From: an uncultured Gammaproteobacteria bacterium
GTDB taxonomy: Bacteria; Patescibacteriota; Microgenomatia; UBA8517
Assembly (NCBI GenBank): GCA_964494885.1
Contig: CAZBTH010000004.1
Span: forward strand, 6,459 to 70,458
DNA length: 64,000 nucleotides
Reading direction: 5' to 3'
The notes under the pieces: model-generated
Database searches by the model: none
Told to the model about the DNA's origin: nothing
What the model saw: the letters and a program-made list of their open reading frames with translations, nothing else
In this document: piece by piece, positions 35,407 to 47,093 of the stretch
Layout of the letters: each line of letters begins with the position of its first letter
How positions within the stretch are numbered: position 1 is the first letter of the stretch
Program-made: the position numbers and the translations under genes

Positions 35407-36903
35407 ATGAAATCTTTTTGGGATAAACTACATAAAATTGGCGACGTGCTGCATCTTCCTAATATTCCTACCTGGCTTTGTGGTTTGTTGTTCTTGGTTT
35501 TAATTCTTAGAATTCCCTCTTTTTTTGAACCCTATTATTATGGCGACGAAATGATATACCTAACGATGGGTCAAGGAGCCCGACAAGGGCTAACGCTATA
35601 TAAAGATGTTCACGACAACAAGCCACCGCTCCTTTATCTAGCCGCCGCCGTTGCGGGTAATTTATTCTGGTTTAAAGTGGCTCTCGCCTTTTGGATGATG
35701 GTTTCCACTGTTTGGTTCTATAGATTGTCAAAAACCCTATTCGAAAAGAATGAGGGAGCACAAAAAATTTCTACAATTATCTTTGCCGCTCTCACCACCC
35801 TTCCGCTTCTTGAGGGCAATACCGTTAACTCCGAACTTTTTATGATTGGTTTCACCATCCTCGCCTTTTTAATGCTTCTAAAAAAAGGGCTTTCAGCCAA
35901 AAGGGTATTTCTTGCCGGGATTCTTTTGGGACTTGGCACACTCTTCAAAATTCCTGCCGCCTTTGATGCTCCGATAATTGTTGTCTACTGGCTGATAACG
36001 GGTGACATTAAAAAGGAATGGAAAGAGATTATCAAAAACACCGTTATTCTTATATTTGGATTTTCCCTTCCCATCATTTTAACTTTTATCTGGTACTATT
36101 TCGCCGGTGCTCTACCCGAATATACAAAAGCTGCTTTTATGCAAAATGTGGGATACCTGAGCAGTTTTAGACCAGGGGACGTACAAAAATCATTCATTGT
36201 CAGAAATGCACCGCTTTTAACCAGAGCATTAATCATTTTAATTGGGTCGGTGGTTATATGGTTATTTAGGAAAAGACTTTCAAAAAAATTCATTTTATTC
36301 GTAATATGGACACTCTTTGCTTTATTCGCTGTAACTCTTTCGGAACGTCCGTATCCCCATTATTTTATACAAGCTGTGGCTCCAATTTCGTTCCTTCTCA
36401 CTATGTTTTTTACTGACAAAAGTATTGAACAATCTCTGGTGGTGATTCCTCTAGTGGTAGCGTTTGCAGTCCCTGTATTTTATAAGTTCTACCTTTACCC
36501 CACCACAAGTTATTACGCACGCTTTATAAATTTCGCAACCCACAAAATAAGTAAGGACCAATATTTTTCCGGATTTTCTTCTACGACAAATAGAAATTAC
36601 AAGATAGCTGTGTTCTTGTCACAATCGAGCCATAAGACCGACCGTGTATTTATATGGGATCCGGATTCGGCTGCGGTCTACGCCCTGGCCGGAAGACTTC
36701 CTCCGGTTAAATATGTAGTTCCTTATCATATAAACGATTTTTCTTCCCGCAGTGAAGTCGCCAGACAAGTTTCGGTTAATCCCCCGAAGTTTATTATTCT
36801 CACATCGGGTAACCCTTACCCGGAACTGATCCCTCTAGTGACTAATAAATATATTCTCATCCAGCAGATAGATGGGGCAAATATATACTCTTATCTACCC
36901 TAG
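35407..36903 (+). CDS. ArnT/PMT-like GT-C glycosyltransferase
   Basis: GDEMIY, LYKDVHDNKPP, PYPHYF; multi-TM. Confidence 0.8.
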   Translation: MKSFWDKLHKIGDVLHLPNIPTWLCGLLFLVLILRIPSFFEPYYYGDEMIYLTMGQGARQGLTLYKDVHDNKPPLLYLAAAVAGNLFWFKVALAFWMMVSTVWFYRLSKTLFEKNEGAQKISTIIFAALTTLPLLEGNTVNSELFMIGFTILAFLMLLKKGLSAKRVFLAGILLGLGTLFKIPAAFDAPIIVVYWLITGDIKKEWKEIIKNTVILIFGFSLPIILTFIWYYFAGALPEYTKAAFMQNVGYLSSFRPGDVQKSFIVRNAPLLTRALIILIGSVVIWLFRKRLSKKFILFVIWTLFALFAVTLSERPYPHYFIQAVAPISFLLTMFFTDKSIEQSLVVIPLVVAFAVPVFYKFYLYPTTSYYARFINFATHKISKDQYFSGFSSTTNRNYKIAVFLSQSSHKTDRVFIWDPDSAAVYALAGRLPPVKYVVPYHINDFSSRSEVARQVSVNPPKFIILTSGNPYPELIPLVTNKYILIQQIDGANIYSYLP

Positions 36904-36924
36904 TTGTGTTAAAATCTCCATATC

Positions 36925-37287
36925 ATGTCCACAAAAACGGAAATAACCTCGACGTGGCTCAAGACCCCTTTCAAGGGATTTTTTTATGCATCCTTAGTTC
37001 TTGGTTTTTCTTCGATCGTTTTTATATTGGCGTTTAAAAGCTTTCTTCCTCCAATCGTTCCTCTTTTTTACGGAAGGCCCTTCGGCGAATCACAGTTGGT
37101 ACCTGTTTTATATCTTTTTTTTGCCCCAATCGTTTCAGTTGTCATAACGCTGGCTAATTCCGGGCTTGCCATGCTTACTGAGGATTCATTTTCTAAAAAA
37201 ATTCTGATTTCAGGAGCTTTTCTTCTTTCCTTGTTGATAACAATCACCATCTTGAAAATAATTTTTTTGATTGGCTTTTTTGGATAG
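36925..37287 (+). CDS. Small membrane protein (DUF1648-like)
   Basis: LPPIVPLFY..P.GE. Confidence 0.65.
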   Translation: MSTKTEITSTWLKTPFKGFFYASLVLGFSSIVFILAFKSFLPPIVPLFYGRPFGESQLVPVLYLFFAPIVSVVITLANSGLAMLTEDSFSKKILISGAFLLSLLITITILKIIFLIGFFG

Positions 37288-37294
37288 TATAGTA

Positions 37295-38365
37295 ATGAAT
37301 ATCAACAACCTTTTCTTCGTACCCTGGATAACGGCAGCTATCTTGTCTTTCTTGGCAACCCCGATTGTTATAAAATTTGCCGGCAAGTTGGGTATCGTTG
37401 ACGATCCAAAACTTAATAAACACGCTAAAGTTATTCATACATATCCGGTTCCCAGAGGCGGAGGAATCCCGATCTTTGTCGCGTTAGTTATCTCTATTCT
37501 GCTTTATTTACCGATAGACAAGCATATTGTCGGAATTTTGGTAGGGGCTACTATTTTGGTCGTTATGGGTTTTCTTGATGATAAATATAATTTGAATCCT
37601 TATTTGAGATTATTTTTGGGTTTTGCGGCTGCGGCGTCGCCAATTGTTGCCGGAATTGGCATTTCTTTTATAAGTAACCCCCTGGGGGGAACTATCAATC
37701 TAAGCCAACCTCAAATAAATTTTACTTTTTTGGGAAACCATAGCATTTGGGTTTTGAGTGACTTGTTTGCACTTTTTTGGATAACTTTTTTAATGAACAT
37801 TGTAAATATGGGAGCAAAAGGAGTCGATGGACAAATGAGCGGAGTAACCGTAATTGGCGCCCTAACGATTGCCTTTCTTTCTCTAAAGTTTTCGGCAGAC
37901 ATCACCCAGTGGCCAGTTATTATTTTGGCGGCCATTACAGCAGGTTCATACTTGGGATTTTTACCTTGGCATATTTTTCCTCAAAAAATCATGCCTGGTT
38001 ATGGAGGAAGCACCTTGGCAGGATATTTACTGGCCATCCTTTCTATTATTTCCACAACCAAAGTTGGAGCGTTAATGGTGGTTTTGGGGGTGCCTCTAAT
38101 TGATACTGGCTATACAATTATTAGAAGGATTGCCACCGGCAAGTCTCCTGTTTGGGGAGATCGGGGACATTTGCACCACAAATTGCTTGATGCAGGAATG
38201 AGTAAATCTCAAGTCGCTGTTTTTTATTGGATAATTACCGGGATATTGGGTCTTGCCGCCATTAATTTGAATACGGGTGAAAAGATATATACAATGATCG
38301 GTGTAGCGACACTAATTGGAGGATTAATAATATGGCTTACTTACAGACCCAAAAAGAAAATATAG
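37295..38365 (+). CDS. Polyprenyl-phosphate GlcNAc-1-P transferase (WecA/TagO, MraY family)
   Basis: PRGGG, GFLDD, GVDG, DRGHLHHKL. Confidence 0.92.
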   Translation: MNINNLFFVPWITAAILSFLATPIVIKFAGKLGIVDDPKLNKHAKVIHTYPVPRGGGIPIFVALVISILLYLPIDKHIVGILVGATILVVMGFLDDKYNLNPYLRLFLGFAAAASPIVAGIGISFISNPLGGTINLSQPQINFTFLGNHSIWVLSDLFALFWITFLMNIVNMGAKGVDGQMSGVTVIGALTIAFLSLKFSADITQWPVIILAAITAGSYLGFLPWHIFPQKIMPGYGGSTLAGYLLAILSIISTTKVGALMVVLGVPLIDTGYTIIRRIATGKSPVWGDRGHLHHKLLDAGMSKSQVAVFYWIITGILGLAAINLNTGEKIYTMIGVATLIGGLIIWLTYRPKKKI

Positions 38366-39291
38366 TTCTTTCAGCCATCAAGTTGGCACGGCCTATTCAT
38401 TGGTTAAAAAATCTGGGACTTTTCGCGGCTCTTTTCTTAACCGGAATGTTCTTCGATAAAATTGCCTTTAGAGGAGTATTATTGGCCTTTATTGCTTTTA
38501 ATTTTGCCACCTCGGCCACTTATATTGTTAACGACATACTTGATGCGAAACGCGACAGGCTTCACCCCATCAAAAAATACCGTCCTGTAGCCTCAGGGGC
38601 CATGCCTGTTGTGTTGGCATTTTTGGAAGCTGTTGTTCTTGGCCTTTTTGCTGTTTTTGTCAGTATTTCTTTAAACTCTCTCTTCTTTTTTACTATTTTG
38701 TCGTACCTCCTCCTGCAACTATTCTACAGCTTGGGGCTTAAAAATATTGCTATACTCGATATTTTGATAATTGCTACTGGGTTTATTATGCGTGTATATG
38801 CTGGAGCTTTCGTAATCGATGCACATCTTTCTGTTTGGTTTTTGCTTTGTGTAATCTCAGTAGCTCTCTTTCTGGCCTCAGGTAAAAGACGTGCCGAGCT
38901 TAATTTATCTCAGGAAAGCGACATCCTGACGAGGAAAAGTTTGAGCAACTACAAAAAAGAGTTGTTGAATTCATATGTAACAATGTTTGGAAATGCCTCC
39001 TGGATGAGTTGGGCGCTATTCACTTTTTTTGAAAGCCCGAAGGCCACCCTTCCATTTTGGCTGGTTCTTGCAGAGCTAAGTAGAACTACCACTATTAACA
39101 AACTTTTGATGTTAACTATCCCCGTAACAATTTTTGGGATAATGAGGTATGAATATTTAATATTTGAGGGCAAAAGCGAAACTCCCGAAAAACTTCTTCT
39201 TTCCGACCGCGCACTCATTATTGCCGTTGGCCTTTGGGTAATTGTAGTCTATTGGGTTTTGTATAGCGGAGTTTCTGCAACCGCAATTTAA
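38332..39291 (+). CDS. UbiA-family decaprenyl-phosphate phosphoribosyltransferase-like protein
   Basis: RPIHWLKN, YIVNDILD...DRLHP.K..RPVASG, GKRRAE; start uncertain. Confidence 0.88.
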   Translation: MAYLQTQKENIVLSAIKLARPIHWLKNLGLFAALFLTGMFFDKIAFRGVLLAFIAFNFATSATYIVNDILDAKRDRLHPIKKYRPVASGAMPVVLAFLEAVVLGLFAVFVSISLNSLFFFTILSYLLLQLFYSLGLKNIAILDILIIATGFIMRVYAGAFVIDAHLSVWFLLCVISVALFLASGKRRAELNLSQESDILTRKSLSNYKKELLNSYVTMFGNASWMSWALFTFFESPKATLPFWLVLAELSRTTTINKLLMLTIPVTIFGIMRYEYLIFEGKSETPEKLLLSDRALIIAVGLWVIVVYWVLYSGVSATAI

Positions 39292-40178
39292 GTCGACGGG
39301 CTGGCGCTGGCTGTGGCATTACTTTCGGAGTCTGTTTTCATTTTAGAAAATTCATCTGAAATCCAACCCGTTATTCCATTTGGAAGACCTGCTCGCGGTT
39401 CCTGGTATTGAATCTTGTGCCAACCAGTTCCTGAATCTGTCTCCAAAAGCAAAAATATTTGTCCCGGCTTTACCTCTGCAATCTCTTCCCCATTAGTACC
39501 TGGTTCTGTCCTGACTCTAAGAAAACCGGTTGGAGTCTTAAGTATCTCCACATATTTTTTAACAGTAGCCTGAGATTCGTTCTGTAAACTTTGCGATGCT
39601 TCATGTTGAGAACTTTTTGCTAATTTAACAAAAATTGTTAAACGATAGCCAACGACCGTTTTAAGAGTCATTATTCTGTCGTTATAGCCGGGCGCTTTAA
39701 CTGTAATTTGATGCTCGGCGGGGGAAATTGTCGAAGTTTTATACGGAGTAAAACCCCTAGGTACACCATCGAGTGATATTTGTGCATTCTCGGGAGTTGA
39801 AATCGCTATTAAGCTGGTCTCTTTGGGAGCAACGTTGTCAAACGAAACAATATCTCCCGAAGAAGAGTCTTCGGTTTCTCCAAATTCACGCCTGATTAAC
39901 GTTTGAATGCCGGGAAGAAGTGTGACTTTGGTTTCAAACGGGAGTAGTTGATCCCCTCCGTCGGGAACCATTTTAATCAGCGTTTCTCCGGGTTCGTACA
40001 CACCCTTAAACGGTGTTTTACCGACAATTGTTCCGTTTAAATAGATGGTGGCAGAAGGTGAAGTCTCCACCATTATTCCAGCGGGCTTTGATTTAAAGTA
40101 ACCGAACAGAAAAAATACTGCAACCGCAAGAAACGACAAAGCGATAAGTGTGGCGGCAACAACCTTAAAAGTTTTCAT
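39288..40178 (-). CDS. PEGA-domain and bacterial SH3 protein
   Basis: Two PEGA repeats (G.TP), FLRVRTEP...GWIS. Confidence 0.85.
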   Translation of the reverse strand: MKTFKVVAATLIALSFLAVAVFFLFGYFKSKPAGIMVETSPSATIYLNGTIVGKTPFKGVYEPGETLIKMVPDGGDQLLPFETKVTLLPGIQTLIRREFGETEDSSSGDIVSFDNVAPKETSLIAISTPENAQISLDGVPRGFTPYKTSTISPAEHQITVKAPGYNDRIMTLKTVVGYRLTIFVKLAKSSQHEASQSLQNESQATVKKYVEILKTPTGFLRVRTEPGTNGEEIAEVKPGQIFLLLETDSGTGWHKIQYQEPRAGLPNGITGWISDEFSKMKTDSESNATASASPST

Positions 40179-40239
40179 TGCCCCCGAGTTTAGCAAAGTT
40201 TTGAGTTAACGTCGAGCTTAAGCTACAATAGGACTACGC

Positions 40240-40315
40240 GGCCGGATGGTGAAGTGGAAACACGGGAGTCTGCAAAACTTCTATCGCGCGGGTTCGATTC
40301 CCGCTCCGGCCTCCA
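40240..40315 (+). tRNA. tRNA-Cys (GCA)
   Basis: GGCCGGA/TCCGGCC acceptor stem, CTGCAAA anticodon loop, GGTTCGATTCC T arm, encoded CCA. Confidence 0.95.
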
Positions 40316-40353
40316 ATTCCTTCAAATATGTTGTCGTGCTAGAATAAACAAAG

Positions 40354-41196
40354 ATGAAAAAGACTGTCCTGCAAAGCAGGATCTGGCTCTGCCAGATCCT
40401 AACAACATTTGTGCTCTGTGCTTTGTACTTTGTACTTAATACTAGTATTCACGCTCAAACCTTCGACTTTAATAAGGCTTATCAAGACCATCTTTACAAC
40501 CTAACTTTATATAACCAGGCCTATTCAGACTACCAAGACGTCAAAAACTCCTATTTGGCCAACAAGACCCTTTCTCTTAAAGAAGATGCCAGACAAAAGA
40601 CTCTCAACATGCTTAAGTCCAGAGATCAGATGATGATAGTCTACATGCAAATGCTTAAACAAAAAATTGTTGAGGACAAGGGCCTAAGCGGTGAAGATAA
40701 AAATAACATATTTGTTAAAATAGACTCGGAGATCGAGTGGTATAAAAGCGACAAAGAAAAATACAACCCCAATGACTCTTTAGAAACCTTATTCGGGAGA
40801 AGCGAGGAGGCCCGCGTAAGATATAAATCCAATACCCTTCTTACAATCGACGAAACTCTGGTAAATATCGGCCTGGGAGAAGAAATTGCACTGAGGAATG
40901 ACCACGAGTCGGTGTATTCTACTTTAAAAACAGCTATCGATACCGGAGTGGCTGTGGGAAAACTTACGCTTAATCCGTTTAACCATTGGTTGACAGATAT
41001 CGATGCAACGGACTCACTACTTAAACAAAACGAGAGTGATGTGCGGATACAGATTCGAAAGATATATGAACAATCATACTCTCCTCAGGGAAGTTTTGAG
41101 GCAAGCATTGAAATACTAGGCCAGGGCGTTCAACAGCTTTTCCAATTTAACGAATTTTTGACAGAAGTATTGAATTATATAAAAAATCAACAATGA
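40354..41196 (+). CDS. Secreted helical hypothetical protein
   Basis: Signal peptide ending IHA-Q; helical. Confidence 0.75.
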   Translation: MKKTVLQSRIWLCQILTTFVLCALYFVLNTSIHAQTFDFNKAYQDHLYNLTLYNQAYSDYQDVKNSYLANKTLSLKEDARQKTLNMLKSRDQMMIVYMQMLKQKIVEDKGLSGEDKNNIFVKIDSEIEWYKSDKEKYNPNDSLETLFGRSEEARVRYKSNTLLTIDETLVNIGLGEEIALRNDHESVYSTLKTAIDTGVAVGKLTLNPFNHWLTDIDATDSLLKQNESDVRIQIRKIYEQSYSPQGSFEASIEILGQGVQQLFQFNEFLTEVLNYIKNQQ

Positions 41197-41624
41197 ACAA
41201 CCAAGAAGTTAATCAAGACATCGCACAGCCAAAACCGAAGAATTTCATCGGCAACTTGGTCGAAAAAATAAAGGTGGTCCTATCCAAAATTTGGGGTTTT
41301 ATTCCACTTCCGATCAAAAACATTCTCATTAAATTCTACACAAATAAAAAAGTCTTTATTCCTGTCGCGGTTGCATTTGGCCTGATATTTTTGATTGTCA
41401 TTCTAGGACTGTTGTTCGGTTCGAAGAGCGCACCGATTGTTATTGTTCCCCCCAAGAAAACTCTGACACCGTTTGTAGTAACAACACCGGAAGCCACGCC
41501 AAGCGGAGATATATTATCGGTAACCGAGGTCAAACTGAGAGAACTGAACAATCGGATTAATTCACTTGATGTTCGTCAACAAAAGCTTTCACCTCCGATA
41601 ATTGACTATGACGTGAGCTTCTAA
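41193..41624 (+). CDS. Single-TM hypothetical protein
   Basis: ATGA overlap with upstream gene; one TM. Confidence 0.7.
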   Translation: MNNQEVNQDIAQPKPKNFIGNLVEKIKVVLSKIWGFIPLPIKNILIKFYTNKKVFIPVAVAFGLIFLIVILGLLFGSKSAPIVIVPPKKTLTPFVVTTPEATPSGDILSVTEVKLRELNNRINSLDVRQQKLSPPIIDYDVSF

Positions 41625-41750
41625 AAAAAATTTGACTTTGGGTCTTCACACAGGGTACAATTACGACTTGTCCCGCTTGTGCGGGATTTTTTTGTACCCT
41701 TCCGTAGCTTCAGAAGCGAAGGAGGGCTCTGCCTCGCTGAGCGGGGTGTT

Positions 41751-42443
41751 ATGAAAAAATTTAGCCTCGAACTACCCAAGTACCGCCTTGCGATGCATTT
41801 TCGCTTAATAAAAAGGCGGAAACCGCTGTTGGTTGAGCCCGTGTTGCCTACAATTGCCCTTATAAACAAAAAATACAGGAAAGGTACACTCATAGGAAAG
41901 GTGATCAGACACGTAAGCGGGCACAAAAGCTCAAGGCGCATCATGGCTGCCAACTTTGCCACTTTTGCAGTAATTTCATCATTTCTCCCATTTAACCAGG
42001 TCTCAGACGTCAGTGCTTTTGAGAGTTCTTCCCCTCCTGACCAGGTGATTATTGAAACACAAAACACCCTCGAGACCCAAAAAGGAACCCAATTCCCTCT
42101 TTCTCAGGTAAAAATCAACCAAGGTTATAGCTATTTTCACCCGGGGATCGACTTTGGTGCAGAAATAGGCGACCCCATAGAACCTGTCAAATCGGGTGAA
42201 GTAATCGAGGCCGGATATTCGTCCGACGGATATGGCAATACAGTAGTCGTAGACCACGGCAAAGGTTTAACCTCCCGATATGCCCATTTATCCAAAATCG
42301 AAGTTAAAGCCGGCGATTTAATCACCACTAACACTGAGATAGGTAAAGTGGGCGTTACAGGACGAACCACAGGACCTCATCTACATTTAGAGGTGTATCA
42401 AAACGGCTCCCCACTTAGTCCCTTATCTGTAATTCCTAGATAG
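41751..42443 (+). CDS. M23 family peptidase
   Basis: HPGIDF, YGN, YAHL, TGPHLHLE; start uncertain. Confidence 0.92.
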   Translation: MKKFSLELPKYRLAMHFRLIKRRKPLLVEPVLPTIALINKKYRKGTLIGKVIRHVSGHKSSRRIMAANFATFAVISSFLPFNQVSDVSAFESSSPPDQVIIETQNTLETQKGTQFPLSQVKINQGYSYFHPGIDFGAEIGDPIEPVKSGEVIEAGYSSDGYGNTVVVDHGKGLTSRYAHLSKIEVKAGDLITTNTEIGKVGVTGRTTGPHLHLEVYQNGSPLSPLSVIPR

Positions 42444-42461
42444 TATTCCCACAAGAACGAA

Positions 42462-42493
42462 CTATCTATTTTCTAACGATCTCCATAAATACC
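42462..42493 (-). pseudogene. Relic copy of the 3' end of the glycosylase gene
   Basis: Reads YLWRSLENR* versus the gene's YLWRSLEDR*. Confidence 0.78.
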
Positions 42494-42571
42494 CCCACAC
42501 AATTTGCCTTTCGCCTTTTCAGAACTGTTCGTTCACGGCTCAAGGCACATTTTGCGCGGGGCAAGCCAACT

Positions 42572-43168
42572 TTAACGATCCTCAAGCGATCGCCATAGAT
42601 ACCAAGAGGCCATTGTTCTATATGGGGACCAGTGTTTTTGAGCAAATTTAGCCGACTTAACCTTGTCCCATTTTTTACCCGTGACCTTTTCAAATCCTTT
42701 TTTAATGCCAAGGTCGTCAACCGGAAAAACATCAGGCCTGCCCAAACCAAACATTAGAAACATTTCTGCCGTCCAACGTCCAATTCCCTTAACAACAACT
42801 AACTCCTTTATCACTTCTTCATCGGGAAGATTGGCTAGTTTCTTTGTTTGGAGTTCGCCGGACTTAGTCTTAAGGGCTAAATCTTTAACGAAAGATACTT
42901 TTCCCCAACTCATACCGCAATCTCTGAGTTTTTGACCCTCAATCGCGATTATAGAATTGGGATTTATTTTTCCACCAATAGCTACTTTAAATCTTTCGAA
43001 AATCACGTCTGCTACTCTACCCGAAAGTTGCTGACCCACAATATCTCCACATAAACTTTCAAAATAATCTTTATGGACACTCGGTTTTATGGTGCAATGT
43101 CCCCACGTTTTGATCAGAGGCGCAATATATTTGTCTTTTAGAAGAAATTCTTCAGCATCTTTCCACAT
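42572..43168 (-). CDS. alkA: DNA-3-methyladenine glycosylase II (AlkA family)
   Basis: IVGQQLS, KGIGRWTAEM, FPVDDLG, WSPYRT. Confidence 0.92.
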   Translation of the reverse strand: MWKDAEEFLLKDKYIAPLIKTWGHCTIKPSVHKDYFESLCGDIVGQQLSGRVADVIFERFKVAIGGKINPNSIIAIEGQKLRDCGMSWGKVSFVKDLALKTKSGELQTKKLANLPDEEVIKELVVVKGIGRWTAEMFLMFGLGRPDVFPVDDLGIKKGFEKVTGKKWDKVKSAKFAQKHWSPYRTMASWYLWRSLEDR

Positions 43169-43206
43169 TTGAACATTTTATCAGATTTTCGTAGTATCAT
43201 TTGAGT

Positions 43207-44046
43207 ATGGAGACCTTGAGTTTAAATCAGAAGAAACCCGACAGTTTTGCCAGTTCTCTAACAGAAACTGTTATACAAAACAGAAAAAACCTTTGGATAC
43301 ACGGAGGTATTGGTGACATAAAACAGGGTTCATATCCCGTCGAAATCATGCACTTTCCGAACAAAATCGGTCTGGAAGTTGACATTTCCAACATAGATGG
43401 CCCGGAAAATGAAGGGAGGGGGCCGTACGAAATATATAAATTGGCCCTAGGTTTAGAAAACAACGTTCTAATTTCAAATAAAGATCAGCAAATATTAGTT
43501 ATCGACAGCCACATGTTTGCACTACCTTTTTTGTTAAATTTGTTTAATTCGAGGAAACTTTCAGGAGGGGCTGAAATGCAGCATATTGACGACCACCAAG
43601 ACTTAGGTACATGCGGCTTAAATATTGACGACCTCAAAAACAAGTCAGACGCTCAAGTCATGAGAACTCTTTATGAGGAGACTAGTCCAGGTACCTGGTT
43701 ATATAACCCTTTAATCGTATCGGGTCTTGTTGATTTCTCAAAATGGCAGTGGAGGTACTTAGATACGACCTCTCTGGCCTGGAATACTTTTGCAATGGTG
43801 AACAAATACGGAAAGATGGAGAAAACACCTTCACCCAACTTATATCCAACTATTTTAGATGTTGATATAGATTTTATACGTCCCGCAGAAAAAGGCTCTG
43901 CTCACATGTTAAAAAAAAGATTAGATGAGGTGGTTGAGGTGGGGAAAAATGCAAAATACGTAATAATTGCAATAAGCCCTGCATATATAAATAGAGGAAG
44001 GGCAATTGAATATACGAAAGGGTTAATATCTGGTCTCTTAAAGTGA
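43207..44046 (+). CDS. UPF0489-like (arginase-fold) protein
   Basis: IDSH, HIDDHQDL, ILDVDIDF, IAISP.Y. Confidence 0.65.
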   Translation: METLSLNQKKPDSFASSLTETVIQNRKNLWIHGGIGDIKQGSYPVEIMHFPNKIGLEVDISNIDGPENEGRGPYEIYKLALGLENNVLISNKDQQILVIDSHMFALPFLLNLFNSRKLSGGAEMQHIDDHQDLGTCGLNIDDLKNKSDAQVMRTLYEETSPGTWLYNPLIVSGLVDFSKWQWRYLDTTSLAWNTFAMVNKYGKMEKTPSPNLYPTILDVDIDFIRPAEKGSAHMLKKRLDEVVEVGKNAKYVIIAISPAYINRGRAIEYTKGLISGLLK

Positions 44047-44071
44047 GCTCCAGTGTTTTTGCGGTTACTTG

Positions 44072-45715
<1,644 letters not shown>

Positions 45716-45787
45716 TTAGAGTGAAAGAGTCGAAGAGTGTAAGTTTTTCTTTACTTAAACTCTTAAACTCTCTTGCTCTCCTGCTCT
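45716..45787. repeat. Inverted 8-nt array (AAGAGTGA-type / ACTC-type) between groES and groEL
   Basis: ttagagtg aaagagtc gaagagtg ... ttaaactc ttaaactc tcttgctc tcctgctc. Confidence 0.7.
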
Positions 45788-46082
45788 AAGCGGTCTCTAC
45801 CGCGAGAACATCCTCAAACTTCACAAACAAATACTCTTTTCCTTCAATTTTAACTTCATTCCCTCCCCATTTTTTGTATAGAACAACATCTTCAACCTTC
45901 GCCGGAGACTCAATTTTTTGACCGTCGGATACCGTGGCAGGTCCGATTGCTAAAATTTTTCCTTTTTGGGGTTTTTCACCTGCGTTTTCTGGTAAATAAA
46001 TTCCACTAGCTGTTTTGACCTCTTTTTCCAGGGGTTCGATGAGAAGGTATCCTGCGGTTGGTTTTAAATTAAGTTTTGCCAT
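45786..46082 (-). CDS. groS: Co-chaperonin GroES
   Basis: LKP, TASGIYLP, EKPQKG, GNEVKIEG. Confidence 0.97.
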   Translation of the reverse strand: MAKLNLKPTAGYLLIEPLEKEVKTASGIYLPENAGEKPQKGKILAIGPATVSDGQKIESPAKVEDVVLYKKWGGNEVKIEGKEYLFVKFEDVLAVETA

Positions 46083-46129
46083 TTCGTTTTGAAATTTAAG
46101 ATATGAAAATAAATTTGTCAAGAATTAAT

Positions 46130-46156
46130 TTAGCATTCTTAACCACTGAGTGCTAT
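46130..46156. promoter_or_regulatory. CIRCE (HrcA operator)
   Basis: TTAGCATTC-N9-GAGTGCTAT versus consensus TTAGCACTC-N9-GAGTGCTAA; upstream of groES. Confidence 0.9.
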
Positions 46157-46183
46157 TTTACGAATACTTTCAAGCTATGTCAA
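46155..46183 (-). promoter_or_regulatory. Sigma70-type promoter of groESL
   Basis: TTGACA-N17-TAAAAT on the minus strand, directly upstream of CIRCE. Confidence 0.8.
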
Positions 46184-46186
46184 GTG

Positions 46187-47086
46187 CTATATGCTCGCCT
46201 CGTGGAGTCCCGAGCGAAGTCTGCTCATAACGACTTTACTCCAGTCTTGAGGATGGAATAAGGCGCGGGTGGCGGTTATTACCTCGCAGGTGATTTTTGA
46301 TCTCATGTGGTTGTACTGTAATTGAAAAGATATTTTTTCAAACCATGTAAATAGTATATTGTATATCGTATATTGGTTCTTGTTTTTCCCTATATACGAT
46401 TTACTATATACCATATACTTTTTGTCGACAGAATTTGGCCAATATTTCAAAATCCATTTGTTTTTGTACAAAAACTTCTCATACGTTTTCTGCTTATTCA
46501 CGAGTGGAACTATCTGAGCTATTTCATGAGCGGTATAAATATTGCGCTCCTTCCACACCAAATCACTCTCGTCTAACCACATGTTTAGACAGAGCGCATC
46601 CCGCTGGTTGTTATCATTCGGTTTGCGCAGTTTATAACGAGTAGCAAACAGTGTAAGGTAAACGAACAAACGAGTAGTCCAGAGATTTCCCGCCTTCGTA
46701 ACAATCATTAAATCTATGTCACTTATGTCATCGGAATTTTCCATAGCCAACGAACCAGTTACTGCCACCACTCTTATTCCTGGCACACGGGACAGGGTTT
46801 TGGCGGCCTTTTTGGCAATTTCCATTTTTTTCGCAGAAATTCTTTGACGAAAAGATTTTTTGTAAATTAACCCTTCTCTCCCTTCCAAAAAATAGTAACC
46901 GTTGCGTATACCAACTCCACGATTATTAATTTTTATGTCAACCGAATTTGTTGACCTCCATTTGATTATCTCGGAAAAACTCAATGGGCAATCGAAACAA
47001 TCATGATAAACAACTGATTTGATTTCATCTGCTAAAAGTTTTTTTGGAAGGAGAGAATGCAGATTTATGGAGTAAAGATTGGGCAT
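46187..47086 (-). CDS. Nucleotidyltransferase-domain protein
   Basis: TGSLA...SDIDL pol-beta-type motif; YTAHEI. Confidence 0.8.
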   Translation of the reverse strand: MPNLYSINLHSLLPKKLLADEIKSVVYHDCFDCPLSFSEIIKWRSTNSVDIKINNRGVGIRNGYYFLEGREGLIYKKSFRQRISAKKMEIAKKAAKTLSRVPGIRVVAVTGSLAMENSDDISDIDLMIVTKAGNLWTTRLFVYLTLFATRYKLRKPNDNNQRDALCLNMWLDESDLVWKERNIYTAHEIAQIVPLVNKQKTYEKFLYKNKWILKYWPNSVDKKYMVYSKSYIGKNKNQYTIYNILFTWFEKISFQLQYNHMRSKITCEVITATRALFHPQDWSKVVMSRLRSGLHEASI

Positions 47087-47093
47087 AAATTAA

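Noticed and set aside
42466-42750. 94-aa ORF overlapping alkA
   Set aside because: Alternative frame with no motif; the informative signal is the relic 3' end in another frame
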